A program made the position numbers and the translations under genes. Below are positions 8,929 to 18,788 of a stretch of DNA of 64,000 nucleotides, one piece after another. The notes under the pieces are model-generated. The model worked only from the letters and a program-made list of their open reading frames with translations, made no database searches and had not been told where the DNA came from. Numbering within the stretch: position 1 is the first letter of the stretch; every line of letters begins with the position of its first letter. The stretch comes from an uncultured Myxococcales bacterium (GTDB lineage Bacteria; Myxococcota_A; Polyangia; Haliangiales; Haliangiaceae), in the NCBI GenBank assembly GCA_942492525.1, contig CALOFI010000005.1:64001-128000 (forward strand). The letters are read 5' to 3'.

Positions 8929-9894
8929 TCAGGCCCCCTGCTTCACCGCCAGGGCGTCCTCCGCCAGCTCCTCGAAGCTCATCCGCTGGCTGCGCGCCAG
9001 CTCTTCCGCGGTGAACTGCAGCCGGGCGGCGCGCGCCTCGCCACCCAGCGCGCGCAGCAGCAGGTTGCCGAAGATGGGCCCGATCACCGGGTGGTTGAAC
9101 GCGGCCTGGACGCGCAGCATGAACCGCGTGAACGGCAACCGCGCCACGGTGGGCTTGCGCGCCAGCAGCTGCATGCGCTTGAAGGCCTCGAGGATGCGCT
9201 TGCCGTCCGGATCGGTGCGATCCATCGGCACCAGGAAGACGCCCTGCATGAACGCCTGGGCGTGGAACAGCATCGTGCCCAGCGCCCGCCAGCCGCGCGC
9301 GCGATCGCGCAGCGGCCGCTTCGGCCGCAGCTTCCGCGCCGCCAGGAACTCGTCGGAGGCGTAGACCTCGGTCATGTGGAAGTCGATCGCGATGTGCCGC
9401 GACTCGTCGCGGTTGATCAGGTGCATCGCCTGGTGGCTCATCTCGTCGCCGACGTAGTCGTCGAGCGAGCGCAGCAGCGCGACGTCGAGCATCAGCTCGC
9501 CGGCGGTGATGTACGCGGTCGCGATCTCCGGCGGCATCAGCTCGACGACGCGGAGGAAGTGGGGGCGAAACCGCACCAGCGCCTCGTTGAGCTGGTAGCG
9601 CCGCAGCTTGCGCACGTCGTAGAACCGGGCGAGACGCTCGGCCGCGACCGCGTGGCGCTCCTCGTCGACGACGAACGACTCGAAGATCGCCCGCAGCGTC
9701 GGGTCCGGCTCGTGGCGGGCCTGGGTCGCGAACAGCGCGCCGGCGAGGCGCTCGATCCCGGCCATGTCGGTGAAGTACTGGACCACCGCCTCCTCCTTGT
9801 CGGGCGGCAGCTGCGGCGGTGGGCGCGACCAGTCGAGATCGTCGACCGACCACTGGTCCCGGCGGCACTTGTCGAGCATGCGGGCGAGGTCCAC
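8929..9894 (-). CDS. ferritin-like diiron oxygenase (AurF / p-aminobenzoate N-oxygenase-like family)
   Basis: Two ExxH diiron motifs embedded in helices (VVDEERHAVAAERLAR and INRDESRHIAIDFHMTE) plus further Glu/His ligands; 321 aa, typical of the AurF-like family. Sits between the TetR gene and the DUF2891-like gene. Confidence 0.55.
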   Translation of the reverse strand: MDLARMLDKCRRDQWSVDDLDWSRPPPQLPPDKEEAVVQYFTDMAGIERLAGALFATQARHEPDPTLRAIFESFVVDEERHAVAAERLARFYDVRKLRRYQLNEALVRFRPHFLRVVELMPPEIATAYITAGELMLDVALLRSLDDYVGDEMSHQAMHLINRDESRHIAIDFHMTEVYASDEFLAARKLRPKRPLRDRARGWRALGTMLFHAQAFMQGVFLVPMDRTDPDGKRILEAFKRMQLLARKPTVARLPFTRFMLRVQAAFNHPVIGPIFGNLLLRALGGEARAARLQFTAEELARSQRMSFEELAEDALAVKQGA

Positions 9895-9936
9895 GCCCCG
9901 ATGCTACCCAACCCCCGCGGCCGCGGTGCACGAAAT

Positions 9937-10933
9937 ATGCTGCCGGTGATGCCCTGGGACCACCTCGCCGCCACGATGCTCGCCAACCTCGATCGCGAGT
10001 ATCCCTGCCAGCTGGCGCACCGCATGGACGACGACCGCGACGCCGCCCCGCCGCGCACGCTCACGCCGATCTTCTGGGGCTGCTACGACTGGCACTCGTC
10101 CGTGCACTCGTGCTGGGCGCTGGTGCGCGTGCGCGCTCGCGTGGGTGACGCCGTGCGCGCCCAGCTCGACGCCCGCCTCGACGCCCGCCTCACCGACGCG
10201 CGCGCCGCCGGCGAGCTGGCGTACCTGCAGGCCCGGCCCGGCTTCGAGCTGCCCTACGGCCTGGCCTGGCTGTTGACCCTGACCGCCGAGCTGCGCGCGG
10301 GCGGACCCGGCCGCTGGCTCGCCGCGCTGGAGCCCGCTCGAGGAGGTCGCGCGCGCGCGGCTGCGCGGCTGGGCCGAGCGCCTCGCCGCGCCGATCCGCT
10401 CGGGCGAGCACGCCCAGAGCGCCTTCGCGATCCGCCTGGCGCTCGACCACGCGCGCATCGTTGGCGATCGCGAGACCGCCGCGGCGCTGGCCGCGAGCGC
10501 GGAGCGCCTGCACGGCGGCGACGTCGACGCCCCGCTGGCGTGGGAGCCGGGCGCGTACGACTTCCTGTCGCCGGCGCTGAGCGTCGCCTGGCTGATGAGC
10601 GCGGTGCGCCGCGCCGACCAGCTCGCGCCGTGGCTCGATCGCTTCGCGCCCCGGCTGGGGCGCGAGCTGCGGCTGACGCCGCCGCGCGCGGTCGACCGCG
10701 CCGACGGCAAGCTGGTCCACTGGGACGGCCTGGCGCTGTCGCGCGCGTGGATGCTGGCCGAGCTCGCCGACGCGCTGCCGGCCGACGACCCGCGCCGGGC
10801 GCCGCTCCACGCCGACGCCGACGCGCACGGCGCGGTCGGGCTGGCCGCGCTCGACGACATGACCTACGCCGGCTCGCACTGGCTACCGAGCTTCGCGATC
10901 CGCTGGCGCACCCGCGCCGGTGCCGCGGTGTAG
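9937..10933 (+). CDS. DUF2891-like conserved hypothetical protein, split over two frames (frameshift(s) about 10320-10390)
   Basis: N-terminal part (MLPVMPWDHLAATMLANLDREYPCQLAHRMDD...) reads in frame 1, which degenerates into Arg/Ala-rich junk after ..GRWL. A protein-like continuation (..LEEVARARLRGWAERLAAPIRSGEHAQSAFAIRLALDHARIVGDRE.. through MSAVRRADQLAPWLDRF...SHWLPSFAIRWRTRAGAAV) runs in frame 2 to the stop at 10933. Confidence 0.4.
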
Positions 10934-10942
10934 GCTGCGCGC

Positions 10943-11740
10943 ATGCCCGTGCTCGAACGTGACGGCGCCTCGATCCACTACGAGGTCAGCGGCGACGGTC
11001 CGCCGATCCTGCTCGGCCACTCGCTGCTGCTGGACACCACGATGTGGCGCGACGTCGCGCCCGCCCTGGCGGCTCGCCACCGGGTGATCAACGTCGAGGT
11101 GCGCGGCCACCACCGCTCGACCGCGCCGCGGCCGTTCTCGCTCGACGACCTCGCGGCCGACTGGCTGGCGATCCTCGACCAGGAGGGCATCGAGCGGGTC
11201 GTGCTGTGCGGCCTGTCGATGGGCGGCATGACCGCGATCCGGCTGGCGCTGCTGGCGCCGGCGCGGATCGCCGCGATGGTGCTGATCGACTCGAACGCCG
11301 ACCGCGAGGGCGCGATGAACCGCGCCCGGTACGCCGTCATGGCGGCGATCTACCGGCGCTTCGGCCTGGTCGATTCGATCCAGGCAAGGGTTGCGAAGAT
11401 CATGCTCGGCCGCACCTCGCTGGCCCGCCGCCCCGAGCTGGTCGACGAGCTGGCAACGATCGTCGGCAAGCACGATCGCAAGCACGTCGCGCACGCGCTG
11501 CGCGCGGTGAACGGGCGCGGGCCGATCCTCGAGCGGCTGGCGGCGATCACGTGCCCGACGCTGGTCCTGGTCGGCGACGAGGACCTCGCGACGCCGGTGG
11601 AGAAGTCGGAGCGCCTGGCCGCCGCGATCCCCGGCGCACGCGTCGAGATCGTCCCCGAGGTCGGCCACCTGTCGGCGCTCGAGGATCCGGCCGCGGTGCT
11701 CGCCCGGCTCGAGCCCTTCCTCGCCAGCCAGGCCTGGTGA
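10943..11740 (+). CDS. alpha/beta-hydrolase fold protein (haloalkane dehalogenase / esterase-like)
   Basis: PILLGHSLLLD, nucleophile elbow GLSMGG, C-terminal PEVGHLSALEDP (catalytic His); 265 aa. Confidence 0.8.
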   Translation: MPVLERDGASIHYEVSGDGPPILLGHSLLLDTTMWRDVAPALAARHRVINVEVRGHHRSTAPRPFSLDDLAADWLAILDQEGIERVVLCGLSMGGMTAIRLALLAPARIAAMVLIDSNADREGAMNRARYAVMAAIYRRFGLVDSIQARVAKIMLGRTSLARRPELVDELATIVGKHDRKHVAHALRAVNGRGPILERLAAITCPTLVLVGDEDLATPVEKSERLAAAIPGARVEIVPEVGHLSALEDPAAVLARLEPFLASQAW

Positions 11741-11754
11741 GCTACGATCCGCCC

Positions 11755-12237
11755 ATGTCCGCCACCGCCGCCGCAGCCGCCACCACCGCCGGCGATCCCG
11801 GCGCGGTGTCCGTGGCTCCGGCGGCACAGCTGGCGCCGTTGCCGCCCCGCATCGTCCTGTACGACGGCGTGTGCGGGCTGTGCAGTCGCTCGGTGCGCTG
11901 GTTGATCAAGCGCGACTCGCAGGCGCACCTGGCGTTCGCGCCGCTGCAGGGCGAGACCGCCGCGCGGCTGCGCGCGCTGCACCCGCGGATCCCGACGACG
12001 CTCGAGAGCGTGGTGCTCGTCGTCGACGGCCGGGTCCACCTGCGCAGCAAGGCCTTCCTGTACGGCGCGCGCTGGCTGACGCGCCCGTGGCGCTGGGCCT
12101 ACCACGTGCGCTGGCTGCCCGGCTTCCTGCTCGACCTCGGCTACCGCCTGATCGCGGCGCTGCGCTACCGGCTGTGGGGCCAGGTCGAGCTGTGTAGCCT
12201 GCCCGCGCCGGCCGAGCGCGCCCGCTTCTTGCCCTGA
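11755..12237 (+). CDS. DCC-family thiol-disulfide oxidoreductase (DUF393)
   Basis: IVLYDGVCGLCSRSVRWLIKRD matches the DCC1-like CxxC signature (YDGxCxxC); 160 aa. Confidence 0.7.
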   Translation: MSATAAAAATTAGDPGAVSVAPAAQLAPLPPRIVLYDGVCGLCSRSVRWLIKRDSQAHLAFAPLQGETAARLRALHPRIPTTLESVVLVVDGRVHLRSKAFLYGARWLTRPWRWAYHVRWLPGFLLDLGYRLIAALRYRLWGQVELCSLPAPAERARFLP

Positions 12238-12259
12238 TCCGCGCCGCCGGGCGCGCGGC

Positions 12260-13501
12260 TCACGACACCAGCGCGAGCAGATCGAGCAGCGCGACCTCTT
12301 CGCCTGGCTTGTCGGGCTCGTTCATCTCGGCGTCGATCATCAGCATCACGGCGGTGCCGCGCGCGGCGCCGTGCACGCCACCGCGGTACGTGACGTCGTC
12401 GCCCTGGACGATCAGCGTGCGCAGCCCGCCGTGCGTCATCGCGGCGGCGTCGGGCGCGATCCAGCCGCGCAGCTCCTTCAGGCACTTCTTGTGGTTGGTG
12501 TGGCCGACGATCTGCACCAGGCCCGGCGGCAGCTCGCGCGGGTGAAAGCGCCGACGACGCGGATCGGACTCCCACGCACGATCGACCGGATCCTCGGGCG
12601 TCGCGGCGCGATCGGGGTTGCTGGGCCGGTGGTACAGCAGGCCGCCGCCCTCGTGCGGCTGCGCGCCGGCCACGTGCAGCGGCGCCAGCTCCAGGGGCGC
12701 CATCGTGCCGGCGGCCCAGGCGGCGCGGCGGGCGTCGACCGCGCCGGCGAGGTGGCGATCGAGCGCCGCGGCGGCGAGCTCGACCGGGCCGGTGCCGACG
12801 CCCAGCGCGGCCACCTCGCGCTCGGTCACGCCTGCGTGGGTCAGCAGCGCGGTGCGGTTGTCGGGCAGGCGCCCGGTCGCGGCCAGGCGAAAGCGCCGCC
12901 CGACGAGCAGCGCCATGACCAGCTCGCGCTGGCGCTCGTCGTAGCTGGCGTAGTCGCGCGCGATCAGGCCCGGCGTCGGCATCTCGGGGAACGCCGGCCC
13001 GACCTCGTCGCGCCACCGCCGCGCGTACTCGTCGGGCGCCGAGCGCTCGAGCGGCGCCAGCCGCGACGCGACGGCGTGCGCCTCGGCGAAGCGCGCGTCG
13101 GACAGCGTGATCAGCTCCATCACCCGCGCCGCGTCGTGGTTGCCCAGCAGCAGCAGCACCTGCGACGGATGGTGCTCGGCGAGCCAGCGCAGGATCGCGG
13201 TGCCATCGTGGCTGGGATCGGAGTCGTCGTGGACGCGGTAGTCGAAGTGGTCGCCCATCGACACCAGCTGGACGTCGTCGGCCAGCCAGCCCTCGACCGA
13301 GAGCAGGTCGTGCGCGGCGAGCACGTCGAGGAAGCGCTCGAGCGAGGCCTGCGGATCGCCGACCACCCGCACCCGCGCCGGCGCGCGCGGCGGCGCGGCG
13401 CGGCCGCCGCGGTAGGGCTTGCTCACCAGCTCGCGCGCGCGCGCCATCGCCGCGGTGCCGGTGAGCGAGATCCCCCCGCTGAGATCCGAGCGCATGCCCA
13501 T
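12260..13501 (-). CDS. calcineurin-like metallophosphoesterase
   Basis: GAGGAG RBS upstream of ATG 13501. Metal-binding blocks SMGDHFDY and LLLGNHD, plus later His residues (GHTNH); 413 aa. Confidence 0.6.
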   Translation of the reverse strand: MGMRSDLSGGISLTGTAAMARARELVSKPYRGGRAAPPRAPARVRVVGDPQASLERFLDVLAAHDLLSVEGWLADDVQLVSMGDHFDYRVHDDSDPSHDGTAILRWLAEHHPSQVLLLLGNHDAARVMELITLSDARFAEAHAVASRLAPLERSAPDEYARRWRDEVGPAFPEMPTPGLIARDYASYDERQRELVMALLVGRRFRLAATGRLPDNRTALLTHAGVTEREVAALGVGTGPVELAAAALDRHLAGAVDARRAAWAAGTMAPLELAPLHVAGAQPHEGGGLLYHRPSNPDRAATPEDPVDRAWESDPRRRRFHPRELPPGLVQIVGHTNHKKCLKELRGWIAPDAAAMTHGGLRTLIVQGDDVTYRGGVHGAARGTAVMLMIDAEMNEPDKPGEEVALLDLLALVS

Positions 13502-13698
13502 GGTGACAAGCCTACTCCTCTGCCGACGAAGCGGCGTCACTGTCCGATCTCCGGACATGACGGCCATTTTCCTGCATTTGAGCGGGGTTCCTTACCTGCC
13601 GTTAACACGACCGGCACCGGCGCGAAGCGTCGGCCCGCTAGCGTCGGCCCGGGTCGGACATCGACCTGCACCACCCGCCCCCGACGAGGAGAACCCGA
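13502..13698. promoter_or_regulatory. divergent intergenic promoter region between the metallophosphoesterase (-) and porin-like (+) genes, locally AT-richer
   Basis: ggccattttcctgcatttgagcggggttccttacctgccgttaacac is unusually AT-rich for this DNA. Small inverted repeat GTCCGAtctcCGGAC and direct repeat cgtcggccc x2. GAGGAG RBS before ATG 13699. Confidence 0.3.
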
Positions 13699-14988
13699 TG
13701 CTGAACCGTACCGCTCCCGCCCTGGCCCTGGTCGCCGCGATGTCGGCGACCGCCAGCGCGCAGCCCGCCACCGAGCCGGCCACGCCGGCCCCCGTCGCCG
13801 ACGAGCCGCCGCTGCCGCCGGTCGAGGAGGCCGCGCCGCCGGCGAGCGACGCCCGCGCTCACCGCGGCCGTGGCCGAGCCCGAGCCCGAGGCGCCGGTCG
13901 CCGCCGAGGACGACGCCGCGGCGGTGGTGGCGACGGTGGCCGCGCCGACGACGGCCTGGTACGACGCGATCTCCGTCAACGGCTTCGCCTCGGTGGCGTA
14001 CAGCTTCAACGCCAACAGCCCCGCCGACGACGCCAACCAGCTGCGCGTGTTCGACGGCGACGATGGGTCGATCAACCTCGACGTGATCGAGCTGGTCGTG
14101 CAGAAGGCGGCGGCCGCGCCCGGCTCGGCCGGCTTCCGCGTCGATCTCACCGCCGGCTCGTCGATCCCGGCGGCCGCGGCGTCGGCCGGGCTGTTCCGCG
14201 GCGACGATGGCGTCGGCCAGGACTTCGACGTCCAGCAGGGCTTCGTCTCGTACGTCGGCGACGTCGGCAACGGCCTGCGGCTCGACGCCGGCAAGTTCGT
14301 CACCCACATGGGCTACGAGCTGATCGAGGGCTACGACGGCTACAACGATCACTACTCGCGCTCGATCCTGTTCGGCTTCGCGATCCCGTTCACGCACACC
14401 GGCGCGAAGCTGAGCTACCCGCTGTCCGAGAACCTCACCGGCATGGTCATGGTCGCCAACGGCTGGGACAACGTGAAGGACAGCAACAGCGGCAAGACGT
14501 TCGGCGCGCAGCTGATCGGCACCTTCGGCAAGGTGACGGGCTACCTCAACGCGATCACCGGGCCCGAGCAGGCCGGGGACAACGGCGACCTCCGCAGCGT
14601 CGTCGACGTCGCCGCGGTGTTCGCCGCCAGCGACGCGATCGCGCTGGGCTTCAACGCCGACTTCGGCCACGAGGCGGGCGCCGCCGGCGCCGCTGGCGAG
14701 GACGCGGCGACCTGGATGGGCGCGGCGCTCTACGGCAAGTGGACCGCGTCCGAGCAGGTGTCGCTGGCGCTGCGCGGCGAGGTCTTCGACGACGTCGACG
14801 GCGTGCGCACCGGCACCGCGCAGACGCTGTTCGAGGGCACGCTGTCGCCGGCGTTCGTCCTGGGCGACAACGTCGTGCTGCGCGGCGACGTCCGGCTCGA
14901 CCGCTCGAGCGAGGCGTCGTTCATGACCGACAGCGCCGGCTCGAAGCAGCAGCTGACGATCGCGCTCAACGCGATCGGCGTGATGTAG
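13699..14988 (+). CDS. outer-membrane beta-barrel (porin-like) protein, apparent +1 frameshift near 13850
   Basis: Signal peptide MLNRTAPALALVAAMSATASAQP (frame 0, GAGGAG RBS), then ..PPASDA before Arg-rich junk. The mature protein continues in frame +1 (AEPEPEAPVAAEDD...AWYDAISVNGFASVAYSFNANSP...) with alternating-hydrophobic beta-strand pattern and a C-terminal aromatic residue region typical of OM barrels. Confidence 0.45.
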
Positions 14989-15053
14989 CGCCGACGACGA
15001 AGGCGCGCGACGCGATCGGCGTGAGGTGGCGCGGCCCCGCGCGCGCGGCGCGT

Positions 15054-16070
15054 TCAGCGCGATCGACGCGAGGTCGCGCTGACGACGGTGTGCACCATCG
15101 GCGGCGTCGGCCGGGTGATCACCGCGTCGCCGAAGCCGACCTCGTCGAGCCACGCGACGTGGTCGACGTCGGCGTGGCAGCCGCCGCGGTCGCTGGTGAG
15201 CAGCATGTTCAGCGCGAACAGCGCCGCGAACGGCGGCCCGACCCGGCTGGCGTCGCGCATGATGTCGACGACGTGGACCACGCCGCCGGGCGCCAGCGCC
15301 TGGTGGACGCGGCCGAGCAGCGCCTTGCACGCCTCGGGCGGCTCGCGGTGCAGCACGCCCGAGACCAGCGCCGCGTCGTAGCCGCGGCCGAGATCGTCGC
15401 CGTCGGGATCGACCGGCGCGAAGACGTCGAGGTCGCGATGGACGACGCGGTCGGCCAGCCCCTGCTGCGCGACCAGCTCGCGGCCGACCGCGGCGACGCC
15501 GGGCAGCTCGAGCACGGTGGCGCGCAGGCCCGGGTGCTTCTTGCAGAGCAGCACCGACAGCGTGCCCGGCCCGCCCGCGACGTCGACCAGGTGGCTTCGC
15601 CCGGTGAGATCGACCGCGCCGATCAGGCCGTGGCCCATGCCGAGCGCGCGCTGGTGCATGCCGTGGACGAACGCGCGGGTGCCGGCCGCGTCGAGATCGA
15701 GGTACGTCGGCGCGGCGACGACCGGCGCGTCGTTGCGGACGGCCTCGTCGAGCCGCGCCCACGCAGGGAACAGCCGCGCGTTGTAGCCGAGCGCGCCGGC
15801 CAGCGAGCCGGGCTTGCCCGGGACCAGGAAGACCGCGGCCTCGGGGCCGTTGCGGTAGGTGTCGCCCTCCTTGACGCACAGGCCCAGCGCGACCACCGCG
15901 TCGAGCAGCATGGCCGTGGGCCGGACCGGCAGCTTCGCGCGGGCGGCGACCTCGTCGGCGCTGGCCGGGCCGGCGTCGAGCGCGGCGAACAGGCCCTGCT
16001 CGACCGCGGTGAGCAGCGCGGCCGAGCCCCAGAAGGCGCTGGCCAGCTCGAGGATGCGCGCGGGGTTCAT
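15054..16070 (-). CDS. class I SAM-dependent O-methyltransferase (plant/Streptomyces-type OMT with dimerisation domain)
   Basis: MNPARILELASAFWGSAALLTAVEQGLFAAL (OMT dimerisation/winged-helix region); SAM motif I LVDVAGGPGTLSVLL, later motifs VVHRDLDVF and ALVSGVLH; 338 aa. ATGA start/stop overlap with the upstream lipoprotein gene. Confidence 0.75.
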   Translation of the reverse strand: MNPARILELASAFWGSAALLTAVEQGLFAALDAGPASADEVAARAKLPVRPTAMLLDAVVALGLCVKEGDTYRNGPEAAVFLVPGKPGSLAGALGYNARLFPAWARLDEAVRNDAPVVAAPTYLDLDAAGTRAFVHGMHQRALGMGHGLIGAVDLTGRSHLVDVAGGPGTLSVLLCKKHPGLRATVLELPGVAAVGRELVAQQGLADRVVHRDLDVFAPVDPDGDDLGRGYDAALVSGVLHREPPEACKALLGRVHQALAPGGVVHVVDIMRDASRVGPPFAALFALNMLLTSDRGGCHADVDHVAWLDEVGFGDAVITRPTPPMVHTVVSATSRRSR

Positions 16071-16978
16071 GGCGCGCCTCCGGTGCCGCCCGCCGTGTAT
16101 GGACGCGGCGGTGGCGCGTCCTTGCCGCGCCGGATGACCAGCGTGACCTCGCTGCCGACGGCCGGCAGCGCGTCGGCGTTCGGGCCCAGGCCGGCGTCTG
16201 GGCCAGCGTACGGATTGGCGGCACCGCCGATGATCCGCAGCGGCGCCATCGCGTCCTGGCCGACCAGGGTGAGCAGCTGCAACGTCGTCAGCGCGGCCGT
16301 TCGGTCCGATGGCCTGAAGCCGACGACCTGCCAGGCCATGTCCTTGGGCGCCTTGCCCGTCTTGCGATCGATCAGGAACGCGGACAACGGCCGCTCCTTG
16401 CCGTCGATCTTGACGGCCACATCGACGGTGTCGGCCGGGGTGGCCGCGGGCAGACTGCCGTCGGCGGCCGGCTCGGAGCCCTCGTAACCGAGCAAGGTCA
16501 GCACGAGCCGGAGCTCGACGACCGAGGTGTCCACGATGAACAGGCTCTCGTAGGCCTTGCCGGCCAGGGCAACGGCCACGTATTCGAGCGGTCCGGCGTC
16601 GATCGAGACACGCCCGGGCAACTCGGCCGTCCCGGCGGCGAGGTCGACCCGGATCTGCTTCACCATCATGACGTCCTTCGAGACGACCTTGATGAGCTCC
16701 GCCGGGTTCACGGGCGGCGCGCTGGTGTCGATCACCTTCGCCGGCTTCATCATCTCCGGATCGCCACGACGCAGCAGCTCGTCGCGCCGAGCCTCGTAGC
16801 CGGGGTCGGGATCGGTCGGCGACGGCACGCCCGGCTTGCCTCGGGCCCCCGCGTCGCGCGAGGCCGCCGCCGGATCGGGCGCGGTCGCCTTCGGCGCGGA
16901 CTTCTTGCAGCTCTTGCAGCCAGCGAGCGCGAGCGCGAGAACGCACGCGCCGCCCAGGACGAATCGTTGGACGGACAC
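16067..16978 (-). CDS. lipoprotein, function unknown (co-transcribed with the O-methyltransferase)
   Basis: MSVQRFVLGGACVLALALAGC lipobox; Lys/Pro/Ala-rich linker followed by a globular domain; translationally coupled (ATGA) to the methyltransferase gene. Confidence 0.5.
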   Translation of the reverse strand: MSVQRFVLGGACVLALALAGCKSCKKSAPKATAPDPAAASRDAGARGKPGVPSPTDPDPGYEARRDELLRRGDPEMMKPAKVIDTSAPPVNPAELIKVVSKDVMMVKQIRVDLAAGTAELPGRVSIDAGPLEYVAVALAGKAYESLFIVDTSVVELRLVLTLLGYEGSEPAADGSLPAATPADTVDVAVKIDGKERPLSAFLIDRKTGKAPKDMAWQVVGFRPSDRTAALTTLQLLTLVGQDAMAPLRIIGGAANPYAGPDAGLGPNADALPAVGSEVTLVIRRGKDAPPPRPYTAGGTGGAP

Positions 16979-17009
16979 GTGCGGACTCTACAGCAACCGC
17001 GCGCGCAGG

Positions 17010-18788
17010 TCAGTTGCTCGGGACCGGCTCGCCGGCGCCCGAGGTCGCGCCGGTCTCGGTGTTGATGATCACGAACTCGACGCGGCGGTTCTTCGAGCGC
17101 GCATCCTCGCTGTCGCCCTCGACCTCGGGCACCGTCTCGCCGTAGCCCTTGGCGACCAGGCGGGCGCCGTCGATGCCCTTGCCGATGAGGTAGTCACGGA
17201 CCGCCTCGGCGCGGCGCTGGCTCAGGTCGAGGTTGAACTCGTCCTTGCCCTGGTCGTCGGTGTGGCCCTGGATCTCGACGTTGAGGTGGCTGTGGTCCTT
17301 GAGGACCGCGGCGACCGCGTCGAGGATGTCGTAGCTGCGGCTCTTGATCCGGGCCTTGTTCACGTCGAAGAAGATCATGTCGGTGATCTCGATCGCCGTG
17401 CTGGTCACGACCGCGATGCCGCGCTGATCGGGGCAGCCGTCGTCGTCCTGCTCGCCGTTGACGGTCTCGGCCTCGAGCGGGCACTTGTCGTCGGCGTCGG
17501 CGATGCCGTCGCTGTCGGCGTCGGTCTCGGGGCAACCGTCGATGTCCTCGATCCCGTCCACGTCCTCGGCCTCCATCGGGCAGCGGTCGGACTCGTCCGG
17601 GATGCCGTCGCCGTCGTTGTCCTCGTCGGGGCAGCCGTTGAAGTCCTCGAAGCCGTCGAGATCCTCGGCGACCATGGGGCACTCGTCGGCCTTGTCGGCG
17701 ATGCCGTCGCGATCGTTGTCCAGATCGGGGCAGCCGTCGAGATCCTCGAAGCCGTCGACGTCCTCGGGCTCGGTCCGGCACTTGTCGTCGTCGTCGGTGA
17801 TGCCATCACCGTCGGTGTCGACGATCAGGGGCTGCTCGACCCGGTTGACCCACTGCAGGCCCATCAGCACGCGGTATGGCGGCGCGCCGTAGCCGGCGGT
17901 CAGTGCGGTGCCCGCGCCGAAGTCCAGCGCGATCTTGTCGGTGGCCCAGTAGCGCGCCGAGGCCAGCAACTCGACCGGGAACTCCTCGCTGCCGAGGCCG
18001 CCGGAGACGAACATCGAGTCGTCGGTCGACATCAGGCCGAGGCGGCCGTGCACGGCCAGGCCCGCGGAGAGCTTGTCGGGGGTGATCTCGTACGCGCCGC
18101 CCAGCTACCAGTTGATCTCATCGTTGAGGTAGAGGTTGGCGACCTGCGCGTCGGACGTCCGCAGCCGGTAGCCCAGCGCGGCGCCGGCGGAGATCTTGTC
18201 CTTGCGGTAGTCGGCCAGGATGCGCGGATCCGCGATCCAGCCGGCGTCGCCGATGAAGTCCCGGCCGCCGGTCGGCAAGGTGAAGGACAGGTCGGCGGCG
18301 ATCGCCAGGTCACCCGGCATCGCGAGCTGGTAGCGACCGCCGAGCCGGAGGTCGCCGATGCCGGCCGAGCTGAGGCCGTCCATCCCCGAGCTCGGGTCGA
18401 AGTCGGTGCTCTGGTACAGCACCATCGGCAGGATCGCGCGGACGTCGAACTTGCCCAGGCCGTACATCAGGGCCAGATCGCCGCGGAAGCGCGTGCCGAT
18501 GATGTCGCCCTCGATCCCGCAGGCGTCGCTGGTCGACGCGGCGTCGCGCAGACAGATGTCGAGCGACGGCCCGGCCAGGTTCAGCCAGAGGCCGGCGGCG
18601 TACGAGCCCTTGCCGAGGACGCGCGCGCCGTCGGTCAGCGCGATCGCGCCGGGATCGGCGCTGGCCTGGAACTGCTCGGGATCGAACGAGCCTTCGTAGT
18701 CGAGCGTGACGTCCTGGGCCGAGGCGACCCCGGACGCCAGCACCAACCCGAGAGCTACGACACTGCCAGTGACGCGGGACGTGCGCAT
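17010..18788 (-). pseudogene. OmpA-family outer membrane protein with thrombospondin type-3 (TSP3) Ca-binding repeats, interrupted by an in-frame TAG at 18105-18107
   Basis: RBS GGAGGA + ATG 18788; signal MRTSRVTGSVVALGLVLASGVASAQ; N-terminal beta-barrel. A single amber codon (..LYLNDEINW*LGGAYEITPDK..) occurs with the frame preserved on both sides. Seven or more DxDxDGxxDxxDxCP TSP3 repeats; C-terminal OmpA domain (NLDLSQRRAEAVRDYL...RRVEFVI). Confidence 0.6.

Noticed and set aside
6206-9364. 1052-aa ORF on the + strand
   Set aside because: Runs antisense through the Cys-rich lipoprotein, hydrolase, TetR and diiron-oxygenase genes, all supported on the - strand; composition is Arg/Gly low complexity.
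10321-10390. Attempt to pinpoint the DUF2891 frameshift to single bases
   Set aside because: Hand translation of this very GC-repetitive stretch was not fully reconcilable with the provided ORF track, so only the approximate region, not an exact indel position, is reported.
12371-14086. 571-aa ORF on the + strand
   Set aside because: Antisense to the metallophosphoesterase gene for most of its length and out of frame with the porin-like gene; no RBS and low-complexity Arg/Gly product.
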